Positions 53,041-64,000 of a stretch of 64,000 nt of DNA are shown here, piece by piece (positions within the stretch are counted from its first letter, which is position 1; each line of letters opens with the position of its first letter). The notes under the pieces were generated by a model. It saw nothing but the letters and a program-made list of their open reading frames with translations. It did no database searches and was not told where the DNA came from. The position numbers and the translations under genes are program-made. The DNA is from Gracilinanus agilis (Eukaryota), in contig NC_058133.1 in NCBI RefSeq assembly GCF_016433145.1, positions 111,000,969 to 111,064,968 of the forward strand, given 5' to 3'.

Positions 53041-55009
53041 GAGACATAGTTTTTGCCTTTAAACTAATAATCCGATTGGGGAAAAGAGCCAAATCTGAGA
53101 TAAAACAATGAGATGACACAACAAAAGATGTCATAAGGCACAACACAATTCATTACTGTATAAGCAATATAGACAGAAAGTGCTGTGAGTTCAGAGAGAG
53201 GAGAAATCACTGTGGGCTATGTACTTCCTTGGTAGTGGTCTTAGGCAGTGGTTCCTAACTTTTTAGAGTGTGAGGATCTCTATAACATCAAAGATTGTGT
53301 GAATCCTAACATGATACAGTTGAACAATTAACTTTTTTTGAGAAAAATTTGAAAAGAAGTTATTATTAATACAATGATTTTTAAATTTGCATTTTATCAA
53401 CCACAACAATATCTACATACTTTGAAAAAATAATAATATATAGATAATAAGATCATGGTAATAGAGTTTGAAGGCACCTTAGCAATCACTTAGTTCTACT
53501 TCCTCACCTTAAAGATACAGAGGAGGAGCCAAGATCAAGTGTGGGAAACTGATTTGCTAAAGTTCACACGCATAGTAAATTGTGAGTCTTTGAGACCCAT
53601 AACTTTTCAGGATACAAAAGTTCTGTTTATTTACTGTGCTAAGTAACATTTCATGCTTTGTTGGTAATAAAGAATAATCTGAATGAAGTGTGCATATATA
53701 TGGATTCCATTAACTCCATAACATCATCTAGGACCAGGAGTGTGCTGAAGTTAGCTCAAATGAGCTCTTATGAACTGATTAAACTTTTAGTGTGAGCATT
53801 TACTCCTCAAAAAACACTGCAAATCAGGACTTGATTTATCATTTTGTTGATTGTTTAAATTTTATAAAGTGATGGAGAAAGTGTTAACAATTCAGATTAA
53901 ACTTAAAAGTGTGTCATCCCCCCAACTCCCCAAGCTGGTTGTCAGATATTTACCAACACTTCCTGGCTGGGACCATAGATTAGGAATTACTGATTTTGCT
54001 ATCCCATCTACCTTAGAATATTCCAGTGGCTGGTTAGGACATGATACTAAGAACTAGAAGATCTTCAAGCAGGCTTAATTCATTTTACTCTGTTCCTGTG
54101 TCTCAAACTACCTTCTTAACTTCAACTAGCCATCTTTCAACTGCCCTGGTAAGTAACATATGGGCAAATCAACATAAAGGCATGATGGGGAGGGTCTCAG
54201 AGCTGTCATCTTGGTAAAGGAAAAGGTATCAATATAAGAACTGAGTAAATTTGAAGCCTTCATTGTTTCCTCCTTCCTGGGCATCAGTGTTGCCATTTAA
54301 AGTACCCCACAATCTGGCCCTCCACTGATGTTTCCAGTCTTATTTCTTACTACACCACTTAGGCACTTTCTATTCCAAACTGGCAAGCTAGGTCTTCTCC
54401 ACACTTAACATTCTCCCTCTTGTCTCCCTTCCTTTGCACAGGCAATTCCTTGTGTTTTGAATAGATACCTTTCTCATTTCTTAGAATCTTTATTTTTCTT
54501 CATTTTCTGATTCAAATGCTACATAATACACAGAAGCTTTCCTGACCTTTGAAATTGTTAAATTCCTTTGGACTGGACAGGGCAATATATAGAGCAATTG
54601 GACCTAGAGTCAAGAAGAGCTAAGCTTAAATCCAGCCTTAGATATTAGGCTTGGGATCTTGGGCCAGTCATTTAACCTCTGCCTGCCTCATCTTCTCATC
54701 TATAAAATGGGGATAATAATAATACCTACTTCCTAGAGTGTTGTGAAGATCAAATGAGAGAATATTTCTAAAGTGCTGCTTAGCATAGTACCTGGCACAT
54801 AGTATGCACTATATAAATGCTTTTTTCCCCCTTCTATTATTTAGCTTATAGATTTTATATTTGCTTACCTGTACATTATCTTATCTATGAAAGGAGAGGA
54901 TTGGACTGGATTGGCTTCTAAAATACCTTCCGCCTTGAAACCTATGATCTTATGCTGTATATTGTATCCCTTCTCCCCCAAATGAAAATTCCTAAGAATA
55001 AGGAATTTC

Positions 55010-55435
55010 TCTCTTCTCTTCTCTTCTCTTCTCTTCTCTTCTCTTCTCTTCTCTTCTCTTCTCTTCTCTTCTCTTCTCTTCTCTTCTCTTCTCTTCTCTT
55101 CTCNNNNNNNNNNNNNNNNNNNNNNNNNNNNNNNNNNNNNNNNNNNNNNNNNNNNNNNNNNNNNNNNNNNNNNNNNNNNNNNNNNNNNNNNNNNNNNNNN
55201 NNNNNNNNNNNNNNNNNNNNNNNNNNNNNNNNNNNNNNNNNNNNNNNNNNNNNNNNNNNNNNNNNNNNNNNNNNNNNNNNNNNNNNNNNNNNNNNNNNNN
55301 NNNNNNNNNNNNNNNNNNNNNNNNNNNNNNNNNNNNNNNNNNNNNNNNNNNNNNNNNNNNNNNNNNNNNNNNNNNNNNNNNNNNNNNNNNNNNNNNNNNN
55401 NNNNNNNNNNNNNNNNNNNNNNNNNNNNNNNNNNN

Positions 55436-55500
<65 letters not shown>
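55010..55500 (+). repeat. (CTCTT)n, assembly gap (55104-55435, 332 N), then (CT)n
   Basis: Direct reading. Confidence 0.95.
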
Positions 55501-55504
<4 letters not shown>

Positions 55505-58159
55505 TCATATTCCTAACACCTAACGTGTTTGGTATGTTTTAAAATGTTTGTTGAATTGAAACAAATAGGAAGATTCCTTTTTCCTGTTTAGTACCATCGA
55601 AGGATTTTGTAATAGGCAAACAGATTAGTGTCAGCCCATCGTATATATCTGTCCCCTAAGGCATAAAAAGGAAAAATTCAACTTTCTTTCTGGCCTGGGC
55701 TCTAATATATAATAATAAAATTGAAGTTGGACAGTCTGAGAATCTATGCAGTATTTCAGTGTAGCCATTAGATGGCAGTGTCACTCCGCAGCAACATTTC
55801 ATTTATTTTGCATAGTATTGTGAATTTAGTCCAACACCCTTATTTTACAGATGAGGACATACCCAAGGTCAGGCTTGTAGAAGTGACAGGGGCCGTTTGG
55901 GCATGTTCTGATGGCTTCCAAGGAAGTCACAGAATCATCTAGCTAACAAGTCCTTTGAAGGACCATCCCCTGCATTTACTTCTAGGATGAGAAGAGACTT
56001 GAAAGATGGTCTAGTCTAGTCCAACACTTATTTTATAAAGGAAGAAACTCAGTTATAGATGGATAGTCATTTGACCAGGGACATTCAGAGATTCATTAAA
56101 TGGTTTAGCCTGGATTCAAATGCAGGCTCTTTGAGTGTAAATCTAGTTTTCTTGCCCCATCCCAAGCTTTATTCTCTTGGATATTATTTCTCTTTCAGGC
56201 TAAAAATACATTCTCCTGACTTCTAAAACCTTCCATCATCTGGCTCCAACCCTGCTTATCCAGTTTTAATTCCTTCTTTTTCCTCCTTCTTTCCCCTCAT
56301 TACTTATTCTTTCTTCTAATCAGGTCATTCCCTGTCTCCCTCATGTCTCAAATATTCTTCCTTCCTGTCTGCATTCTTGTTTCTCCCCCTTCTCCCTTCT
56401 CTCCTCTTTCCTGTCATACCCTGCCTAGCCTCCAAAGACCATTTCAAATCTTCCTTCTTTCAGATAGCCTCTCCCGACCATACTGGCTCTCATTGTTCAT
56501 TCCATAAGTTGAGGATCCTATGAATAAAGATACGAGTCAATGCTCATTTGCACACTGTCTAGTGATCTTAGATGTCTTTTGCAGAGTGTCTTTTTTTTTT
56601 CCTATGAAGTTGTGAGCTTTTTGATGACAGGGACCTTGTCTTCAGTGTTTTGTGTCCTCTTAAAGTGGTTTTGTACCCTGGGTAGGTACGCAATAACTAC
56701 TTATTGATTGATTAAGGAGAAAGGGGTGACCTGAGTGGGCAGAACAGTGGAATGACTTGGTCTTATAGGTCCTGATGTGCTTTCTGGGGTTGCAGCTAGA
56801 TGACCCTTGGGAGGTACTTCACTACATTATATCCTCTATTTAAGCCCCTTCCATCTCCCTCTAAGTCTTAGCTAAGCCATTCTATCAGACATTTCCATCC
56901 CCTAAGCCACTATATTCCTATAATCTCCTTGGGTAGATGGGCTCAGCTAGAAAATGTAACCTAAGAAACTTTTTAGGAACTCTCAGTGGCAGTTGCCAGT
57001 TCCAGAATATACTAGAGAGATCAGATTGGGTTTATTTCTGATCTCACAATAAGCATGAGAGACAGGATGGTTAAGTGGTAGGAATCTTAGACATGGAGTC
57101 AGATCGAGGCTCTTACCTTTACCAGGTATGTGACTTTGAATAAGCTACTTTATCTCTCCAAGTCTGTTTCTTAATCTTAAAAACAGGCTTGATCATACTT
57201 GAGCCAAGAAGCAAGGTGGTATCAGTGGATAGGTCTTAAAGAAAGAAAACCTGAGTTCAAATCCTGCCTGATATACTGCCTTTTTTTGCTCACCCAGAGC
57301 AAATCACTTACCCTCTCAGTCCTGTATACAACTGTTGAGAGAAGGAAGGAAACAAGCATTTATTATGTACCAGCTATGTATCTGGCAGTGTTAACACTTT
57401 ACAAATATTTATCTCATTCGATTCCATATGATACTCTTGGAAACTATTATCTTCCCCATTTTATAGTTGAGGAAATGTAGACAGAGGTTAGGTGACTTGC
57501 TCAGGGTCACGTGGCTAGTAAGTGTCAGAGACTGGATTTGAACTAGGATCTTCTTGACTCCGGGTCCAGTACTCTATCCATTCTAGCTTATAATTTAGGA
57601 CCGTAAATTGCTCAAAATGGTCATTGGCAGTGGGAGTTTTTATAGTATACCAGTGAAACTACAAGTCTTGTCCAACAATGCTTGCTGTTGTATCTGTAGA
57701 CTCTTCTGAGGAAAGGACTCTGCACTGTGCTGGGTAAATATGAGCTATTAATATTCTGATGCCTCACTGTGGTGTAGACATGCTCCTGACCCAGGTTTTC
57801 AGAGGCTATATTATCAGGCATTGGCAGGTCACATCATCATGGGGAAAAGTTTTCAAGTGTAGGTCCAGGAGAGCAGTGGTGTTCAGGAACCATTCTAACT
57901 GATTCTGGAGAAGCTCATAGCCAAACTATGTAGGGTGATGCTTTTCCCACATCATGTGAATAAGTGAATGAATGGATGAAAATGCATTTATTAAGCCCTT
58001 TCTATGTGTACAGTATCCTGCTAAGTGCTGAGAATACTGGTAAAAAAAGTAAGTCCATGCTCTCAAGGAGTTTACATCCAGATGGGGAAAACTAGACACA
58101 GAAGGTTTCTGCTGTAAGAGAGATGGAAAGAACAGTTGTCTTTAGGGTCATCCACAAAA

Positions 58160-58540
58160 CAGATGGTTAATGCCTCTTCTTTTCATCATATTTCAGATGA
58201 TAAAATTTTATAATTTTCTCGTGGCAAGAAGTTTCTTTTCTGGGTCTTCCACAACTTTGGCCACAGTGCCCACAGAAGCAGTTGGTTGCACTCTCAGGAT
58301 GGTGGTGGCTGGGCTAGAAGTAGAACCAGCGGCTGTGTGGGTGGAGGGTTTGAGGGTGTAGAGGAGAGATGATGCTACTTCTCAGAGCTGTTGGGCTCCT
58401 CTGCGTGATAGTGGCAGCGGATCAGCAGTTAATTACTCTCCTCAATGATGCCTGCAGGGTTTGGTCTAGAAGTAGGACTGATGTCAGGAGGGCACGACTA
58501 TTCCTGAGGTTCCAAGATCCAGGTCCGGTACTGTCTAATT
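58160..58540 (-). pseudogene. Decayed Y-box protein (YBX3-like) retrocopy fragment; left end at the CSD start, right boundary uncertain
   Basis: Minus strand reads STHTAAGSTSSPATTILRVQPTASVGTVAKVVEDPEKKLLAT, then RKL*NFII*N and KEEAL-H. Compare YBX3 [10 protein letters not shown]...[19 protein letters not shown]. An in-frame ~11-codon deletion and CpG-decay patterns (TGTG, TGA for CGA) are required. Confidence 0.55.
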
Positions 58541-58675
58541 GCATTTCAGAGAAGGTTGTGGTTTGGTGGTGGTGGTTTGATTCCGGTATAACTTGCCTCC
58601 TGACTCTCTTGCAGCATGCTTTGTTATGTCACATGGGTTGATCATTTGTTCATGGGGCTCAATTTCTCTCTGCAG

Positions 58676-58815
58676 ATGCTTCAGGATTGCCCTAAAGCCC
58701 GAAGGGAGGTGGATCTGCATTGGCGAGCCTCTCAGTGCCCACACATTGTCAAGATCATGGATGTCTATGAGAACTTGTATGCTGGAAGGAAGTGTCTCCT
58801 GATCATCATGGAATG
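58676..58815 (+). CDS. MAPKAPK2: MAPKAPK2 coding exon 2 (140 nt)
   Basis: MLQDCPKARREVDLHWRASQCPHIVKIMDVYENLYAGRKCLLIIME+TG. CAG acceptor; donor GTGAAC at 58816. Confidence 0.97.
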
Positions 58816-59159
58816 GTGAACAACTCCTCTTCCACCCCACCCCCTCAATCTCTCCCTCAAAACCCTCATTCCCTGCTCAGCCCTTCAGCCCAGCCTCGTA
58901 TCCCTTCCAGTTCTACTCCCTGCTCAATTTTCCTGCCTCTTCATTCCACTCCAACACTTCCTTCAGCTCCATTCAATTCAATTATCCAGTGTTTAGTTCA
59001 TTCTCATAGCAGTCTGACAGTGACAAAGAAATCTTAACATGTAAGTGCTTAGTTTTTTTGTTGAAGGATGGTACATGATTAGATAGATAGATGGGAAATG
59101 ACTGGAGGCTCCATTTTCACAAATCCATCATTTGTGTTTTGTTTTGTTTTGTTTTTCAG

Positions 59160-59224
59160 CATGGATGGTGGAGAGCTCTTCAGCCGCATCCAAGACCGAG
59201 GAGACCAGGCCTTCACAGAGAGAG
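59160..59224 (+). CDS. MAPKAPK2: MAPKAPK2 coding exon 3 (65 nt)
   Basis: (C)MDGGELFSRIQDRGDQAFTER+G. TTTTTCAG acceptor; donor GTGAGA at 59225. Confidence 0.97.
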
Positions 59225-59912
59225 GTGAGAAAACCCTCTTCTTAGAGGTGAAAGGGCTTGGGTAATTTCTCTGGAAACTTATTCCCCCAGGAGACTTTCT
59301 ACAGGTGGGCTAAAAGGCTTCTCTTGCCAGCAATGGCTCTTCTTCAGAATTCTGCCAGGCTGAATGATTTCAGGCTGAATTCATGACTGATCTTGCTAAC
59401 GTCACTCTTAACTTTATTGTGTGGGTCCTGGGTGTCTTGGCAGTTTGGTGTGACTTACGGATCATTTCTCAGAATCATTTTTTAAATACATAAAGTAAAA
59501 TGCCTAGGATTATAGAGAAAGCCAAAAGCTAGTGAAATAAAGAAATTATATTTTTCCTACCCCTCCTGAAATTTTGACATGGACCCCTTGGAGGGATATC
59601 TGTGGACCTCATGTTAAGATCCTCTGTTCTAAGGATAGCATCATTAGAATGTAAACTCCTTCAAAGCAGTGCCTTCCCCCCCCCCCCCCCCCTTCAACCC
59701 TAGTATTAGAAATACTTGTTGGTTGACTAATGACACCTTGTAGGCCTCATGCCTACAAGGCCCCATACTTCCAACATTGGGCACCATTCTACTCCCGTTT
59801 TTAGCCTGAATCTAATATGGAGGTTAGGGCCCCTCAGTAAGTAGGTGGAATTGTTGGGTTCAAATTGCCATAGTCCAGTTCAGTATCTCTCTTTCTTCTT
59901 CCTTCCCTCCAG

Positions 59913-59992
59913 AGGCTTCAGACATCATGAAGAGCATTGGTGAAGCAATTCAGTACTTACACTCAATCAACATTGCTCACAGGGATGTCAAG
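59913..59992 (+). CDS. MAPKAPK2: MAPKAPK2 coding exon 4 (80 nt)
   Basis: (E)ASDIMKSIGEAIQYLHSINIAHRDVK, containing the catalytic HRD motif. Polypyrimidine tract plus CAG acceptor; donor GTAGTT at 59993. Confidence 0.97.
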
Positions 59993-60460
59993 GTAGTTGC
60001 CACTTTCCCTTCTATCCACCCCTCACCCCAGGTTGGGGACTGTGGTATAATGCCAGCAAAGGCCGGTAGTGATGTAGTAAGAAACCATTGGTTTTGGAGG
60101 GAGGAGGCTGGTGTGACCTTAGACAAGTCACTAACAATTGTGAACCTGAGGTTCTTCATAAAGTATGGATAAAACCTGTTAATATTAACCTTCTGAGTTG
60201 TTGTGGGCTAAAGTGGGATAACTTATGTAGTTTGCAGACCTTCTATGTAAAATCCATTATCACTCTTGGTGCCTCAGTTATCCCATCTACATAAGGGGAT
60301 GATAATACCTATACCATCATGGGGTTGTTGTGAGGATCAAATGTGCTAATTTATGTAAAATACTTTATAAACTGCAAATTGTTAGCAGTCAGCTCAGCTA
60401 TCATGAATGAAGATCGACAATGACGATGAACACTCTGGCCCATTTCCCTGTGTCCGTGTT

Positions 60461-60632
60461 GGGCTGCTCCCCTCCCCCTCTCCATGAGCGCCTCAGGACA
60501 TTTCTCATCACCCAGCCCTCTGCCCGGCAGCCCCAAAGGAGCGCTTCCCCCCTCCTCCCCTGTCTGGGGGCTCACATGCACTGTGAGGGTTGCAGTTTGG
60601 ACACTCGGTCTCTAAAAGGTTCGCCATCACTG
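60461..60632 (-). mobile_element. One-ended OC1-like hAT fragment
   Basis: TIR AGGTTCGCCATCACTG at 60617-60632. The reverse complement shares GGGTGAT..GAAATGTCCT...GGAGAGGGGGAGGGGAGCAGCC with 41594-41803. Confidence 0.8.
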
Positions 60633-60896
60633 CTCTATATCCTGTGGGTTAAGACAGCCTTTTCCTGACATTGGCCACTGCCTGCCTTGAGCAGAGCCAG
60701 GTTTATACCGACTTATTTCATAAGCCTGCTGGATTGGGGAGAACCTTTTTGCTTATACCTCCCCTCCCTTCTCGCTGCTTTTCCAGACCAACCCAAATCA
60801 CGTCCTGCCTCCCCCAACAAGTCTTTCCTTCTCCCTCCAGCCCACAGGAATGCCCCTCCCCCACCTTTCTACACTTCTGCAGCACTGAAAGCTGTT

Positions 60897-61371
60897 AATT
60901 ATCTTGTCTTACATTATTTTCACACAGCTGTTTCATGTATCTTCTCTTCCTAACTTGATTATAAGCACCTTCTGTTTGAAGCCTGGGTTTGCATCTGCAT
61001 TCCCCGGCAATGTGTGGAGGAGTTCTAAGCTTATANNNNNNNNNNNNNNNNNNNNNNNNNNNNNNNNNNNNNNNNNNNNNNNNNNNNNNNNNNNNNNNNN
61101 NNNNNNNNNNNNNNNNNNNNNNNNNNNNNNNNNNNNNNNNNNNNNNNNNNNNNNNNNNNNNNNNNNNNTGTTACCTCTGGAATACAGTGGAAATTCCTTT
61201 GCCATTAAAGCCCTTTGCATTCTGGCTACAGCCTACCTTTCCAGATTTGTTGCAGCTACTCTCCTTCACTCATTCTCCAGGCTAGCCAAACTGGGCTATT
61301 TATTGTTCCCTGTACAGAACTTTCCAATTCTGTTTCTCTGTTGGTGCACAATCTGTTCCCTAAACCCAAAT
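60897..61371 (+). repeat. Source segments A (60897-61035) and B (61232-61371) of a local duplication; L2-derived; assembly gap 61036-61168 between them
   Basis: A matches 63132-63270 (3 mismatches in 139 nt); B matches 62995-63134 (8 mismatches in 140 nt). Confidence 0.92.
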
Positions 61372-61863
61372 GCACTCCCTTGCCACCCCTAGGGACCTTT
61401 GACAAACTTTAGCTTCCTTCAAGTCTCTGCTCCATTGCTGCTTCTTACATGAGGTCTCTCTTGATGTCCTGGTCACCACCTCTGCCCTCCTTCCTATTTT
61501 GTCCTCAGTACCTAACATAAAGTGCCTGAGGTATTGTTGTTCAGGTGCGTTTGACTCTTCGTGACCCCATGGACCATAGCAGGTCAATATTATCCATGAG
61601 ATTTTCTTGGCAAAGATACTGGAGTGGATCCTTCTTGTTTTTAGATTGGAGGTTAGGATCCTTCAGTATCTAGCTGGAATTGTTGAGTTAGAATCGCCGG
61701 GCATTCTTCAGTGGGTTAAAACAAACAGAGGTAAGTGACTTGCCCAGGGTCACACATTTAATACATATATGATTTGAACTCAGGTCTTCCTGACTGCAGG
61801 TCAAGTGCTCTATTCACTGAGCCAACTAGCTACCTAGGTATAGCTAGCCCTTATAAATGTTGA

Positions 61864-62157
<294 letters not shown>

Positions 62158-62560
62158 TGAATCAGCTCAACAGCAACTAAAGAAAGTTACACTTTTTGGG
62201 TCTCATTCTGAGTTGGTTTTTGATAAATAGTTTGATAAATAGAGGCAAAGGCATGGTCAAAATGACCTACAAAGGTTCTCAGTTTACATATTTTATAGTT
62301 TTGGGACCTTGAACTTGTCACTTAATTCCTAGGAGCTTCGGTCTTCCACATCTATAAAATGATGGGGTTGAGCTAGCTAATTTCTGAGGTCTCTTTCCAC
62401 CTCTAAATTCTAAAATCAAATGATTTATGACTGGAGCCTTGAGATATCTGTGGAGAATGATAAATGTTTCTTCTCCTTTCAGGAGAGAGGAGAGGCTATA
62501 GCCTCCTCCATTTGGATCTTCCCAGTGTGAATCTTTCCTGTGAGGGTTGGAATGGTATAG

Positions 62561-62767
<207 letters not shown>

Positions 62768-62994
62768 TGAGTGCTATGGGAAGGGAGTGGAATGGGCACC
62801 GCTCTCTTATAGACAAAAGTTTGAGTGAACAGTGTGGAGTGGGGTGGGCAGATGCTGCCATTATTCTCTTAGTGAGATGTGGATTTCTGTGGGAATTCTT
62901 GGTAAATGATCTGTTCTCTCTCCCTCACCCCTGTCCCTGAAGCTAAATGGGGAGCTGGGAGCCGTCCGCATGGGCAGGTATTTGTACAGGATTC

Positions 62995-63360
62995 CCTACC
63001 TTTCCAGAGTTGTTGCAGCTACTCTCCTTCACTCATTCTCCAGGCTAGTCAAACCGGACTATTTATTGTTCTCTGTACAGAATGTTCCAATTCTGTTTCT
63101 CTGTTGGTGCACAGTCTGTTCCCTAAACCCAAATTATCTTGTCTTACATCATTTTCACACAGCTGTTTCATGTATTTTCTCTTCCTAACTTGATTATAAG
63201 CACCTTCTGTTTGAAGCCTGGGTTTGCATCTGCATTCCCCCGCAATGTGTGGAGGAGTTCTAAGCTTATAAGACACATTCAGTACTTGTTGACTACCTGA
63301 CTGACTGACTGACTGACTGATTGATTGATTGATTGACTGAGTGAGTGAGTGAGTGAAGCT
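62995..63360 (+). repeat. Permuted B-A duplicate in intron 6, ending in a compound (CTGA)n(TTGA)n(GTGA)n tail
   Basis: Manual alignment to 60897-61371; junction CCCA-AAT-TATC. Confidence 0.9.
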
Positions 63361-63424
63361 CACTCTTATGATATTTTTTATAGTAGGACTAAATTACCAA
63401 GAGCCCGTTTCTCTCTCTCAGTAA

Positions 63425-64000
<576 letters not shown>

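Noticed and set aside
58535-58840. 101-aa antisense ORF over exon 2
   Set aside because: Antisense shadow of the coding exon plus intron; no independent evidence.

Overview
Eukaryotic, mammalian DNA. The repeat content (tRNA-headed CORE-SINEs of the opossum SINE-1/Mar1 type, marsupial-type L1 ends, OposCharlie-like hAT elements) indicates a marsupial, most likely a didelphid such as Monodelphis. The window holds the 5' two-thirds of one + strand gene, MAPKAPK2 (MK2, the p38-activated kinase). It covers a CpG-rich 5' region, coding exon 1 (329-691), a 58 kb repeat-rich intron 1 and coding exons 2-7 (58676-63650). All splice sites are canonical GT-AG and the spliced frame is open for 325 codons; the last exons lie beyond the window. 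Nearly all other ORFs in the track are chance frames or TE remnants. I found no tRNA/rRNA genes, no CRISPR array and no new multi-gene system. The best second-look items are: (1) a stop-free frame upstream of and in phase with the MK2 AUG, with a CUG in strong Kozak context; (2) a ~96% identical, circularly permuted local duplication (A..B copied as B-A) that jumps over exons 5-6; (3) an L1 5'UTR plus ORF1 stub bracketed by a 17-bp direct repeat; (4) a decayed YBX3-like retrocopy just upstream of exon 2; (5) a CpG-retaining NF-kB/PU.1/CEBP motif cluster in intron 1; (6) several informative TE insertions. Repeat family names come from motif recognition, not a database search, and many small MIR/L2 fragments are not listed.
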